Positions 21,704 through 32,218 of a stretch of 64,000 nt of DNA are shown piece by piece (the stretch's first letter is position 1; the number at the start of each line of letters is the position of its first letter). A program made the position numbers and the translations under genes. The notes below the pieces were generated by a model. The model did not search any database and was not told the origin of the DNA. It saw nothing but the letters and a program-made list of their open reading frames with translations. The DNA lies in the NCBI GenBank assembly GCA_039024555.1, contig JBCCQQ010000006.1:1-64000 (forward strand), read 5' to 3'. The stretch comes from Cyanobacteria bacterium P01_D01_bin.156. Lineage in GTDB: Bacteria; Cyanobacteriota; Cyanobacteriia; Phormidesmidales; Phormidesmidaceae.

Positions 21704-22594
21704 GTGGATAGCCAGATCGACTTTGTTGACAGTCAAACTCTTACACCAAAGCCCGATGTCACCCCAGGGCGCATTCTGGTATCTAGCAAAAATTTAAACT
21801 GGCAGGGTATTCATATCGAAAAAGGTGAAAACGAAGGCTTTACTCCCGATGATGTCACCGTTACCCAGCACTATTTTGCTATGAATACCGGCCCGGCCCT
21901 GGAGTGGGAATGGAAAGATGGAAATCAATTTAAGACCCATCGCTACGAGACTGGAGATTTATGGATTAACCCGGCGGGTGTTCCCTTTTCCCATCGGATT
22001 GATGGCCATAACCAATTTGTTCTTTTAACCCTAGATCCTGAAAAGCTCGCTGCTCTATTACCCGATGGCTTGAAGCATCAAAGTTTTCAACGACGGCATC
22101 AATCAAAAGACAAACATTTGCAAATGCTGATACAGGCATTACTCATTGAAGCAGAAATGTGTGGCCCCAATGGAACTCTGTACGTTGAGAGTCTGGCTAC
22201 CGCGTTAGCAACCCACTATGCCAATCACTATCTTAGTGAACCATCCGTCGAGCTACAACGTTTTCATGCCCTCTCTGAGCGCCAACGTTTTTCACCTGTC
22301 CTTGACTATATCGAAGCACATCTAACTGAAGATATTAGTCTCTCAGAATTATCTCTTCAAGCAGGATTAAGCAAGTTTCATTTTTCAAGATTGTTCAAAC
22401 AGGCTCTGGGGTTAACTCCCCACAAATATTTGATCAAACGCCGCATTGAACAGGCCACTCAACAGCTAAAAAAGGGACAACCCATCAATCAAGTGGCTCA
22501 CCAATTTGGGTTTAGCGATCAGTCTCACTTCACGCGCATGTTCAAACAGGTTCAAGGCTGCACTCCGCGACAATATCTTAAAAGGCTTTTGTAA
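21704..22594 (+). CDS. AraC family transcriptional regulator
   Basis: C-terminal double HTH: LSKFHFSRLFKQ and GFSDQSHFTRMFK. Confidence 0.93.
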   Translation: MDSQIDFVDSQTLTPKPDVTPGRILVSSKNLNWQGIHIEKGENEGFTPDDVTVTQHYFAMNTGPALEWEWKDGNQFKTHRYETGDLWINPAGVPFSHRIDGHNQFVLLTLDPEKLAALLPDGLKHQSFQRRHQSKDKHLQMLIQALLIEAEMCGPNGTLYVESLATALATHYANHYLSEPSVELQRFHALSERQRFSPVLDYIEAHLTEDISLSELSLQAGLSKFHFSRLFKQALGLTPHKYLIKRRIEQATQQLKKGQPINQVAHQFGFSDQSHFTRMFKQVQGCTPRQYLKRLL

Positions 22595-22972
22595 CGATAT
22601 TTAGAAATTACCACCGTATCCATCAAAAAGTTTGCAAAGAATAGGTGATTAACCTTGTTTGGTTTTAGTGTCCTCTCAAGATTCTACTAATAAGCAGGAG
22701 GAACAAACTTCTCTCCTAGTTTCGCGGTTGCTTCTAAAACAACATAATGAATGTATTCTATTGCTACTAACGACGCTGAAGGTTAAACAGAAGTGCAAGG
22801 AAATAAAGAGCCTTCCTTGTAGGAATTTACGAACTCGTTCTAATGGCTACACGCATAGCCTCACATTAGAAGTGTTTGAATCCAACCACATTTGTGCATA
22901 TTTCCTCGATATAACACCCAAAACGAATGGTCATCAGCTAGAGTTGTTGATCTTGAAAGCTCAATAACCTCT

Positions 22973-23731
22973 ATGCATTTAAGTATTGATATTGCAGCAC
23001 TGTTATTCGCGGTTGCCATGGTTGCAGGCTGTATAGATACTATTGCTGGTGGTGGTGGACTAATTGTTCTGCCCACTCTCCTATTAATAGGAATTCCCCC
23101 AGCGGTAGCCCTTGCCACCAATAAGCTACAGGGCAGTGGAGGCACCTTAGCCGCATCTATATTTTTTCTGCGGAAACAGATTGTTCAGTTACGTGACATT
23201 CAATTAACGATTTTAATGACCTTCTTAGGAGCCGTCTTTGGAGTCTGGCTAGTGCTGCAGATAAATAGCACCGCTCTCAACGCAATTATCCCTTTCCTTC
23301 TGATCGGGATGGGAGCCTACTTTACCCTATCCCGTCAACTGGGAGCTATTGACCGGCAACACCTGATAGACCATGGTTTATTTTCCCTATTAATTGCTCC
23401 CTTGCTAGGTTTCTACGATGGTTTTTTTGGACCAGGTGCAGGTATGTGGATGACCCTATCTCTAGTAAGTCTACGGGGCCATAACCTTACAAAGGCAACT
23501 GCCCATACAAAGATTCTCAACGGCACCAGCAATGTATCATCGCTGATATATTTCTTGATATTCGGCAACATCTATTGGCAAGTGGGTTTAGTGATGCTGA
23601 TCGGACAAATCATTGGCTCATCTATTGGGGCTAGACTTGTTCTAGCTAAAGGTACCAGCTTAATCCGTCCAGTTGTTGCCACAGTATGCTTTTTAATGGC
23701 GTCAAAACTATTGCTAGACACACTAAATTAG
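22973..23731 (+). CDS. TSUP (TauE/SafE, YfcA-like) transporter
   Basis: AGCIDTIAGGGGLI, ATNKLQ and GFYDGFFGPGAG motifs. Start placed at ATG 22973. Confidence 0.9.
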   Translation: MHLSIDIAALLFAVAMVAGCIDTIAGGGGLIVLPTLLLIGIPPAVALATNKLQGSGGTLAASIFFLRKQIVQLRDIQLTILMTFLGAVFGVWLVLQINSTALNAIIPFLLIGMGAYFTLSRQLGAIDRQHLIDHGLFSLLIAPLLGFYDGFFGPGAGMWMTLSLVSLRGHNLTKATAHTKILNGTSNVSSLIYFLIFGNIYWQVGLVMLIGQIIGSSIGARLVLAKGTSLIRPVVATVCFLMASKLLLDTLN

Positions 23732-23736
23732 TATCC

Positions 23737-23973
23737 TTATCCGTCCAGGTATTCAGTTAGCACCTCACAGGGGGTGTCTTCAACACCGTCGTAAATAGAG
23801 GGATTAGGGGAAAAGGGGGGAATTGGTTTATCGTTTATACCTAAATGATTGTAGGCAATGGTGAGAATAGCTTCAGATACAGAAGTAATATCGTGCTCTT
23901 GCTGATAAGAGCGAAGCTGTTCTAAAATTTCTGGAGTGAGCAACAATGTTACAGGTGTTCTGGGAGCTGGCAT
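23737..23973 (-). CDS. Small protein, possibly ribbon-helix-helix DNA-binding
   Basis: 78 aa with a strand-helix-helix pattern (VTLLLTPEILEQL...SVSEAI) and an acidic tail. Confidence 0.55.
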   Translation of the reverse strand: MPAPRTPVTLLLTPEILEQLRSYQQEHDITSVSEAILTIAYNHLGINDKPIPPFSPNPSIYDGVEDTPCEVLTEYLDG

Positions 23974-24146
23974 GATTTTAACCGTACAATTAGGGCAATC
24001 TTTTGAATAAACTTGGCAAATTAACTTTGCTCATAACGACATTACCGTAAGCTTAGTACAGATATTCTATTACCGAAGCAATAATATCTACTATCCTATC
24101 AAGCACCTAAGGTGTTCTTGTCGTATGAGCATACAATGTTACCGCC

Positions 24147-26777
24147 ATGGAGCTGTCGGGTAATCTGGGGTCACCTTACTGTATTTTCCTTAGCCCCAAC
24201 GTTTTATCTTCTGCTGTGCCTCCAGTATTACTGAAGAAAATTTATTCGGCCACTGCAACGCATATCAAGGCTTTACCGTTTTCAAAAGCCCGTCTGCGGG
24301 GGCAATGGCCGTTGATATTGATCTCGATCATGGTGACAGGAGCCATGGTGGGTGTAAGACAGCTTGGTCTATCTCAGCCCTTGGAGTTAGCACTTTATGA
24401 TTGGTTTTTGCGATCGCAACCACATACCACTCCAGATCCTCGAATCCTGGTAGTAGGCATTACCGAAGAGGATATTCAGCAGCAACAAACCTGGCCCTTA
24501 CCAGATGAAGTCATTGCCCAGTTATTAAGCCAACTACAACAGCATAATCCCGCAGCTATTGGTCTAGATCTCTATCGAGATATTCCTCATCCCCCTGGTG
24601 AGCAACAACTCACACAACAACTCCAAACTGAAAACGTTGTTGTTATTGAAAAACTGGGAGGGAAGGGCACTTATCAAGTTCCACCTCCTGCAAATGTCCC
24701 TCCGCAACAAATAGGATTTAATGATTTTGTCATTGATCCAGATGGAGTGGTCCGGCGTAATTTTATGTTTGCTGCCTTGGGTGAAAAACATTATCAATCC
24801 TTATCTTTACGCCTCAGTCAACTTTATCTGGTAAAAAATCATCCAGAACTGTTTTCAGAATTCAAGGTTACAGCAAATGCTCTACATGTAGGCGATGCTG
24901 AATTTTATCGACTTAAGCAGAACTCTGGGGCCTATCAGTCAATTGATAACTCAGGCTACCAATCACTCTTAAGATATCGTTCTCAGAGTTATCCAGCTCA
25001 GGTTATTTCTCTTGATGATGTCCTCAATAATCGTTTTGATCCTAACTGGGTAAACAATAAAATTGTTTTAATTGGGACTACTGCCCTAAGTGAAAAAGAT
25101 TACTTCTATACACCCTATGGTGCATCTGAAACCAATCAACTGGTTATGCCTGGTGTGATTGTTCACGCTCACCTGACCAGTCAAATTGTTGGTGCTGCTT
25201 TAGGGGAAAGCTCCTTAATAAGATTTTGGCCAGAATTCTTGGAAGTAGTTTGGATCGGCTTTTGGACAATAACTAGCAGCATCCTTATTTATCGTACTGA
25301 TCGACTAAAGTTTCTTAGTTTAATCAGCATTGGCAGTATTTTTAGTATTTCAAGTACTGCTCTGGTTAGTCTTATCCAGGGCTTTTGGATTCCTTGCGCA
25401 ATACCCTTACTCGGTTTTAGCGCAGCAGGGACAATCACACTTGCATACAAAGAGTTTTACAGGCGATTTTTTGACGAAATCACAGGGCTGTCTAACCGGA
25501 ATTTCTTTATTCAGAATCTAGATAAAGCGCTTGAGCCCGATCCTAGCAAAGTAGGAAATAACGTAACGATCTTATTTATTGATATTGATCAATTTACATT
25601 GATTAACGATAATTTTGGTCGGGCTACCGGGGATGAGCTATTGCGTATTATTACATCTCGCATATGCTCTAAAATCCCCCCTCACAGCAAATTAGCTAGG
25701 TTAGATGGAGATGATTTTGTTGTTTTATTAAAGCAATGCGATGGTTTGAGTATGGCAGCTAATCTAGCTGACCAAATGCAAGCTAGCGTATCACAGCCAA
25801 TCTATATTAAGCAGCAAAAGCTGATTTTAACAGCCAGTATTGGGATTGCTATTAGTGAAGCTGGTAGTCATAAACAACCAGAGGCAATTATACGCGATGC
25901 TCAAATGGCGATGTATCGTGCTAAATCTATGGGCAAGGCTCGATATGAAGTCTTCTCTGCTCAGATGCGTACCCAGTCAGCCATTCAATTTTCATTGAAG
26001 TCCGACTTACATCAAGCTATTGAACAAAATCAGCTACGCTTGCATTATCAACCATTAGTTCACCTGGAAACAGGAGAGATTCAAGGATTTGAAGCTTTAG
26101 TCAGGTGGCAACATCCCCAAAGAGGCCTAATCTATCCTGGAGAATTCATCTCCTTGGCTGAAGAAAGTGGTCTGATTGTTCCACTAGGTTATTGGGTTCT
26201 TAAAGAAGCCTGCCGACAAAATCAAGCGTGGAATCAAACCTATCTCAAAGAACAGCACCCATTATTTATTAGTGTGAATCTTTCAGGACGCCAATTTAGG
26301 GACAAAAATTTGATCGAAAATATTCAGGAAATTACTGAAGAAGTTCAGCTCTGGCCCCATACACTCAAGCTAGAACTAACCGAGAGCGTTGTCATGGATG
26401 ATGTGGAAATATCCATTGAAGGATTGTTACATCTAAAGAAGCTACACATCAAACTGGGTATTGACGACTTTGGGACAGGCTATTCTTCTCTCAGTTATTT
26501 ACACCGGTTTCCAGTAGATACGTTGAAAGTTGATCGCTCATTTGTAATGCGTATGCATGATGCCTCAGAAAACGAAGCGATTGTTAGAACCATCATTGCC
26601 TTAAGTCACAATCTGAACATGGATGTTGTGGCAGAGGGTATTGAAACGGCTAGTCAGGCAGCAAAACTTAGAGCTTGGAATTGTGAATATGGACAAGGTT
26701 ATTTTTTCTCCAGACCAGTTCCACCCGAGAAAGCCGAGCTTTTACTGATAAATCCTCCTCAATGGGAAACTCCATAG
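24147..26777 (+). CDS. CHASE2-GGDEF(degenerate)-EAL protein, likely c-di-GMP phosphodiesterase
   Basis: CHASE2 motifs IGLDLYRD, DPDGVVRR and PGVIVHA; 3 TM helices; DGDDF; GFEALVRW; DDFGTGYSS. Confidence 0.92.
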   Translation: MELSGNLGSPYCIFLSPNVLSSAVPPVLLKKIYSATATHIKALPFSKARLRGQWPLILISIMVTGAMVGVRQLGLSQPLELALYDWFLRSQPHTTPDPRILVVGITEEDIQQQQTWPLPDEVIAQLLSQLQQHNPAAIGLDLYRDIPHPPGEQQLTQQLQTENVVVIEKLGGKGTYQVPPPANVPPQQIGFNDFVIDPDGVVRRNFMFAALGEKHYQSLSLRLSQLYLVKNHPELFSEFKVTANALHVGDAEFYRLKQNSGAYQSIDNSGYQSLLRYRSQSYPAQVISLDDVLNNRFDPNWVNNKIVLIGTTALSEKDYFYTPYGASETNQLVMPGVIVHAHLTSQIVGAALGESSLIRFWPEFLEVVWIGFWTITSSILIYRTDRLKFLSLISIGSIFSISSTALVSLIQGFWIPCAIPLLGFSAAGTITLAYKEFYRRFFDEITGLSNRNFFIQNLDKALEPDPSKVGNNVTILFIDIDQFTLINDNFGRATGDELLRIITSRICSKIPPHSKLARLDGDDFVVLLKQCDGLSMAANLADQMQASVSQPIYIKQQKLILTASIGIAISEAGSHKQPEAIIRDAQMAMYRAKSMGKARYEVFSAQMRTQSAIQFSLKSDLHQAIEQNQLRLHYQPLVHLETGEIQGFEALVRWQHPQRGLIYPGEFISLAEESGLIVPLGYWVLKEACRQNQAWNQTYLKEQHPLFISVNLSGRQFRDKNLIENIQEITEEVQLWPHTLKLELTESVVMDDVEISIEGLLHLKKLHIKLGIDDFGTGYSSLSYLHRFPVDTLKVDRSFVMRMHDASENEAIVRTIIALSHNLNMDVVAEGIETASQAAKLRAWNCEYGQGYFFSRPVPPEKAELLLINPPQWETP

Positions 26778-26966
26778 AATATTCATCCTCAGTAGAACAT
26801 CAATCTAATGGAAGTATCTGCTGACAAAACTCTTTAAAGCAGCCTCCCCCCTCAGTAAACTAAGGTAGTATTGGCAAGCTTTCATAATATGGTTTTGATT
26901 GGCGAGGATCTGAACAACACTTATATGGTCAATTAGGTGTTATGGTGCAGTCCATGCGCTCTATTC

Positions 26967-27057
26967 GTTGTTGCTGATTTAGTGCATGAATCTCTCAGTT
27001 GGACTCGCAATAGAACAAAGGCTTCTGGATGAATTCATATCGAGGATCAGCGACGCC
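26967..27057. repeat. Dispersed element, copy 2
   Basis: GTTGTTGCTGATTTAGTGCATGAA ... TTCATATCGAGGATCAGCGACGCC. Confidence 0.7.
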
Positions 27058-27060
27058 CTT

Positions 27061-27771
27061 CTATTCTAGTATGGGAATATCAGCAACGGACTCCAAATCA
27101 GCTCCTGCTAAAATACTTTGCCAAGCATGATGAACATCTTGATTATCAGGCTCTTGTCTCCTCAAATCTGCCAAAAGTGCAATCATGTCATACCAAAGAT
27201 GCTCATCACGGTATGTAACAGCTTGAGATAATGAATTGGCTGCATCGGTGGATTCACCTGGCTGCAGTTGAATCCATCCATGTAAAACAGGACTATCAGG
27301 TCTTACCTCATCATTACACATGATGATCAATGACCATTGATATAGCTGATTATCAACTAAAGCAGGGGCCTCATTGGGGAAACTAACACTGACAATTCCA
27401 GGATTGTCTGGAAACTCAATGTAGGTCTCATAGTAATAACCATTATCTGACTGTACGCTAAATAAAGCCTGCCGAGGCGTATTTACCGATGTTGCCACTA
27501 AGATTTCAGGATGTGATTTACGCGTAAAGCCATACTGAGACGTAGGCAATAGCGGCGTCATTTCATGATTGGAACAACTATCTCGAGAGGCACCGCTGAC
27601 GGTTCCCTTAGGGGCCCGATCATTATCATCAGGCCAAAAAGACCAATCATTTGTTGGCCAAGTAGCAACCTCGAGTGAGTTTGTTGTAGTTTGAGCTACA
27701 GCATGACTCTGATTTATGTTGCCTAAAGCTATGGTTGATATGAATAGGCCCAGTGATAGATAATGTCGCAT
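27061..27771 (-). CDS. DUF928 family secreted protein
   Basis: Signal peptide; SGASRDSC, YQWSLIIMC and LWYDMIALL motifs. Confidence 0.85.
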   Translation of the reverse strand: MRHYLSLGLFISTIALGNINQSHAVAQTTTNSLEVATWPTNDWSFWPDDNDRAPKGTVSGASRDSCSNHEMTPLLPTSQYGFTRKSHPEILVATSVNTPRQALFSVQSDNGYYYETYIEFPDNPGIVSVSFPNEAPALVDNQLYQWSLIIMCNDEVRPDSPVLHGWIQLQPGESTDAANSLSQAVTYRDEHLWYDMIALLADLRRQEPDNQDVHHAWQSILAGADLESVADIPILE

Positions 27772-27843
27772 TGTGAGTCTAATTACACGTCTTGATAAGA
27801 GCTAACTATTTTGCAGGAATTAACTTTAGGTAGATTGTTATGG

Positions 27844-28626
27844 CTATTGAGTTGTTGTTACTGTAGACACTCTAACTGTTGAGGCTGCGTTAAGTTCTGT
27901 GAGATTAACAGCTTCTAACAAGCTAAACCATTCTTTAGCAATAGTCTGATTATTGGGGTTAGCTTGGTGTAAGTCTTCTAATATTAAGGCAGCATCATGC
28001 CATAAATGTGCTTCCTGATACAATAATTGAGCTTTCTCTAAAGGGGGAGCGGTGCTTAATCTGACAGCTAGATCCGGCGTTAAGGTTTGTTCTTCAATCC
28101 ATGTATGCAAATCAACACGGCGGGTCCAACCATCTACAGAAATGTCCTGCGCTCGATCATCTGCGATAATGGAAAAGTACCAGCGGTAGTTCTCATCGAC
28201 TTGTAATGGTTCTAGCCCTTCTACACTAGCTAAATCAATGCTAAAGATGCCTGATCTAGAGTCTACGGAAACTGTTGTGTCGTACACTAGCTCATCTGCT
28301 TCGTTACGTAAGACATATTCAACTTTCCGGATTCCCTCAGCGTTGGGTAAATAAAATAAGAAGCGTGGGTAAGCCGCTGTAGTCACTCCTAAATTAGTTT
28401 CAGGTACTAGCGCAATTAGGGGCATCTGTGGTGTATACCCAGAGACTTCAGGCCCACGGGTGCCTCCGCCCAGACGACGCCCTGGTAATCCCTGACTGGG
28501 TATATTGTCAGACTGGCCAGAGGCATTAGCTAAACCGGGTATTGCTCCCAAGTTGAGAGTGAGCAGACAGCCTAAGCTAACTGCAAAGATAGATCGATAG
28601 GACTTAGTTATGGCCATGGTTTTCAA
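27844..28626 (-). CDS. DUF928 family secreted protein
   Basis: Signal peptide; PGRRLGGGTRG, LIALVP, YRWYFSI and LWHDAA motifs. Confidence 0.88.
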   Translation of the reverse strand: MKTMAITKSYRSIFAVSLGCLLTLNLGAIPGLANASGQSDNIPSQGLPGRRLGGGTRGPEVSGYTPQMPLIALVPETNLGVTTAAYPRFLFYLPNAEGIRKVEYVLRNEADELVYDTTVSVDSRSGIFSIDLASVEGLEPLQVDENYRWYFSIIADDRAQDISVDGWTRRVDLHTWIEEQTLTPDLAVRLSTAPPLEKAQLLYQEAHLWHDAALILEDLHQANPNNQTIAKEWFSLLEAVNLTELNAASTVRVSTVTTTQ

Positions 28627-29275
28627 TCACAATGCAAGAGGATAGATGTTGTAGACTTAGCCTATTTAGTGCCTACACAGTTCGCATTTGTAGAACTGAC
28701 CTCACTTCACAAATGCAGTCTTACACCCATATTGCAATCTGAATGACATGACAAACCATTGTAGTTACACGTATATAGTTGAGATACTAGAACACTGCTG
28801 TTTGCGTAGGGCATAGAGTATAAGCACTGTCTGAGGTTGTTATGTGTATCGATCATCTTACAAATAAACAATAATCTTTGAGAGACCTTAATAATTAACG
28901 GTATTCATTTCAGTAAATTCTTTGATCTTTTCTAGTCGAGATAGTCTCCAGTCTCTTGGAAGCCAGTGTATTCAATTATTTTATATGTGCTCATTTGTTA
29001 AAGATTTCAAGAAAAAGATAAGGTTTTAAGCAGAACACTAATAAAAAATCATGTGGAAAAGCAGATTCAAATATTTATTTTGGAGATTAGATACTTAATG
29101 CTTTCAAACTTTTTATGAATGGAAAAGGAAGCGTAGGATGGACTAAGTTTAACCTGAGTCGAAAAAATAAACGTTGTTCATCTAGTGAGCGATAGCCGTT
29201 TCTGGACTATTGCCAAGTCTTTCTTGAATGACAATTAACAATGGTATGTGTCGTCAGCTGTGAGTATTATCAAAT

Positions 29276-31891
29276 TTATAGCCAATTCCCTACCAAAACG
29301 TAGGGAGCCCAATAAATAGGATGACGATATTGAGGATCCTGTAACAGGGTTAACTGAGCTTGGCGTAAGGCCTTAGCTCGAGTGGTGTTCGGTTGCGTTA
29401 GTGCCTGATAAAACTTTCCAATTAAATGGGCAGTCGCTTGGTCATTGATGGACCATAGTGTTGCTAAAGTACTACGTGCACCAGCATTGATAGCGGTTCC
29501 TGCTAGACCGAGTGCGGCCCGCTTATCTCCTGATGCTGTTTCGCAAGCACTCAAAACCAGTAGTTCAATTGCCTGTTCCCCAAACGCCAGGCTTGCCTGT
29601 AATGTTTGATCAAGCTCTGTTACATTAATGCGTTTGTCCCAAGCAAGGAGAAAAGTTTCTTCTGCCTTAGAGCTAAATTTTCCATGGGTGGCAATATGCA
29701 CAATTGGAAAGGACTGAGAGGTTAGTTTATGTTGCAATGCTGTTCGGGTAAATGCTTGATCAAGAAGTATTTCTTTATGTTGAACACTATTTTTAATTGC
29801 CTGCACTTCTTGAACTACATAATCTAAGGGGGAGAAACCTTGGCGAGCTTGAGTTAAACCAGCGACTAGTATTTTAATACTATCCTGGTGTAATGTCTGA
29901 GGAGAGATAAGCTTCAGCCCAGGTGTGAGAGCAATACTAAAGTCTTCGACTAGAAAGTGACTGCCATCATGCAAAACTGCCATAGGGATATTTTGAAGGG
30001 GACCGTCTAGTACAAAGACTAGGGTCTCGACATTACTATTTTTTAAGTCTGCAGAAATAGGACGAATTATCCAATCATATAGTTGTTGCGCAGGTGCAAG
30101 ATATTGACGTCGACTACGAACAACCAGAGTATTTCGCAGTTGCTCTACCAGTTGATCAATTTTCTGATCAGATACTTGTATCGATAAATGTTTTAGGGGT
30201 TGATGAGGTAACCGTATAATAGTGTCGAGATGATTCCCTAACAAAATTGGATAGATGATGGCGGCTCGTTCATCAATTTTATCAATTTGTACAGGTACAA
30301 CATCTAAACAAGCTTCTTTAAAGAAATTATCTAGCTCTGCTAGTTTCAGAGATTCAATGATATCTCGTGCTTGTTCTAGTTTCTCTTGGGAAACTGGTTG
30401 CATAGATTCAGGTTGAAGTAATAAAGCTACAAGTTCTCGATAGATAGGCTCTACACTTTCCTGAAAGGAAAACTGTACTTCTGAGCCAATAGCAACTAAA
30501 TCACCGCGCAGATTCTTTAGCAGTTCAATAGCTTGATCGTAGTGGATTATCGCATCTGCAATATTGCCCTGGGCTTTGAGTAATCGTCCTAGTTGCCATT
30601 GCCACTGGTATTCAATATCAGTGGCTTGGTGTAACTGAGCTAGGGTCAATGCTTGTTCAGTTAATTGATACGCATAGGCCCATTGCCGAGACTGCTCATA
30701 CACTTTAGCTAAATATCCTAAAGCGTAGGATTCAGCTCGTTGATCTGCTAGAACTTGAGCCTGCTGTACAGCACCTAACAAAACTTGAGCAACATTTATC
30801 TGTTCAAACTTTAAAATGGTTTGAGCACTCTCATTTTGTATGAGATTTAGTAAAATTTTTGCAAAATAGATTCGACTATAAATCGAGTTTCGATTTGAGG
30901 GAGACTTGGCTAATTCTTGTTGAATTTGAAGCCAATTTTTATGAATCTGCTCCCATTTTGATTGTTTAACCCAAACATTTAAGCGTGATAATTGACTATG
31001 AATTGTAAGAGCTGGTGAGAGTTGTAATTCTAATGCCCGATCGTAGAAGTTTAGTGCTTCATCCAGCTGCTCTCGTTTCTCAGCAATATTGCCACGCAAT
31101 GTAAGCATTTGGGCAATTTCTTTGTCAATCTGGAGAGTTTGAGCCATACTGATGCCCTTTTCTACTACTTGTTGTGATTCCTCCATCTGTCCTAACAAAA
31201 AGTACAAATGTCCTAGCCGTCTCAAGGCAACAAGACAAAGTAATGATGCTGGTTCTTTTGTCAAGGATGTGGTCGTCTCTCGCAGTTGTTCGGCTGCTCG
31301 TTGATAAAATCCTAAAGACTGAAGTGCCTGTGCCTGGTTAATTTGACTGCGGATTACTCCCGCACTATCGTGAAGTCGAAGATATAGCTCATATGCTTGT
31401 TGCCAACTGTCCAGAGCCTGTTCAGATTTTCCTTCGGCCAGCTGTAGGCTTCCGCGATTATTTAAGTTTTGAGCATAAAGTTGTAAAACCTGAGCATTCA
31501 AGTTGCTTGATAACTGATCTGGTAAATGATTGAGAGCCGTTTCAAGGGACTGATAGGCTTCATCCCAGCGTCCTAATTGCTGGTAAGCAAGTGCCAATAA
31601 GTTGTTTATCCGACTCTGAGCTAGAGTGTTTCCCTGGTTATGATAGTTAACTAATGCAGTTCGCCAATTTGAGATCGCACTTTCATACTCATCTGTCTCA
31701 TAAGCCGCCAGGCCTTGTTCTTCTGATTGATCAACAGTTTCTCTATGAACGTTATCAGTCTGTATAGCTGGCACAGGAAGCCGTTCGGATGAAACAGCCT
31801 GTCCTGCTATTAACAGGCTAAGACTCAGTCCTAGTAGCGATATTAAGATGAGTTTTATAGAACGATAGACTCTACACAACAAGAGAATCAT
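29276..31891 (-). CDS. TPR-repeat CHAT-domain protease with signal peptide
   Basis: Hydrophobic N-terminus, TPRs, LAELDNFFKEAC, catalytic VHIATHG and LSACETA, and YWAPYVLVGNW. Confidence 0.93.
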   Translation of the reverse strand: MILLLCRVYRSIKLILISLLGLSLSLLIAGQAVSSERLPVPAIQTDNVHRETVDQSEEQGLAAYETDEYESAISNWRTALVNYHNQGNTLAQSRINNLLALAYQQLGRWDEAYQSLETALNHLPDQLSSNLNAQVLQLYAQNLNNRGSLQLAEGKSEQALDSWQQAYELYLRLHDSAGVIRSQINQAQALQSLGFYQRAAEQLRETTTSLTKEPASLLCLVALRRLGHLYFLLGQMEESQQVVEKGISMAQTLQIDKEIAQMLTLRGNIAEKREQLDEALNFYDRALELQLSPALTIHSQLSRLNVWVKQSKWEQIHKNWLQIQQELAKSPSNRNSIYSRIYFAKILLNLIQNESAQTILKFEQINVAQVLLGAVQQAQVLADQRAESYALGYLAKVYEQSRQWAYAYQLTEQALTLAQLHQATDIEYQWQWQLGRLLKAQGNIADAIIHYDQAIELLKNLRGDLVAIGSEVQFSFQESVEPIYRELVALLLQPESMQPVSQEKLEQARDIIESLKLAELDNFFKEACLDVVPVQIDKIDERAAIIYPILLGNHLDTIIRLPHQPLKHLSIQVSDQKIDQLVEQLRNTLVVRSRRQYLAPAQQLYDWIIRPISADLKNSNVETLVFVLDGPLQNIPMAVLHDGSHFLVEDFSIALTPGLKLISPQTLHQDSIKILVAGLTQARQGFSPLDYVVQEVQAIKNSVQHKEILLDQAFTRTALQHKLTSQSFPIVHIATHGKFSSKAEETFLLAWDKRINVTELDQTLQASLAFGEQAIELLVLSACETASGDKRAALGLAGTAINAGARSTLATLWSINDQATAHLIGKFYQALTQPNTTRAKALRQAQLTLLQDPQYRHPIYWAPYVLVGNWL

Positions 31892-32218
31892 AGATATTTC
31901 ATCAAAGAATTACCCAATACATATGAGCAACCTAGGCTCCAACCGGTTCACTTCAGGCACACACACTTCCAGCCTTCCCTACTCGTAAAAAAGAAACTCT
32001 ATGTAAGTGACCAAATATATATATATTTTTTGATATGTAGTTGAAGGCTCTAGCTAGTGTTTGGGCATATTTGAAGCAATGATAACTAGACTTCTATTGT
32101 CAATAAACTCTAGTTATTGCAACAAGACCATTGTCCTAAGTATTTTTACTTGCCGAACCACTGTCCATGGTTACAGTCCAAGAAACACTTAGCGACTTGC
32201 GATCGCATCACCCATATC

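Noticed and set aside
22659..22967. 102-aa ORF, plus many antisense or nested ORFs in the track (e.g. 62601-63089, 52488-52952)
   Set aside because: They have non-ATG starts or shadow well-supported genes, and show no motifs.
24420..32190. Apparent gap in HIP1 (GCGATCGC) sites, also at 1-5600, as evidence of foreign DNA
   Set aside because: Sites were counted by eye and average only about one per 3 kb, so gaps of this size are not convincing.
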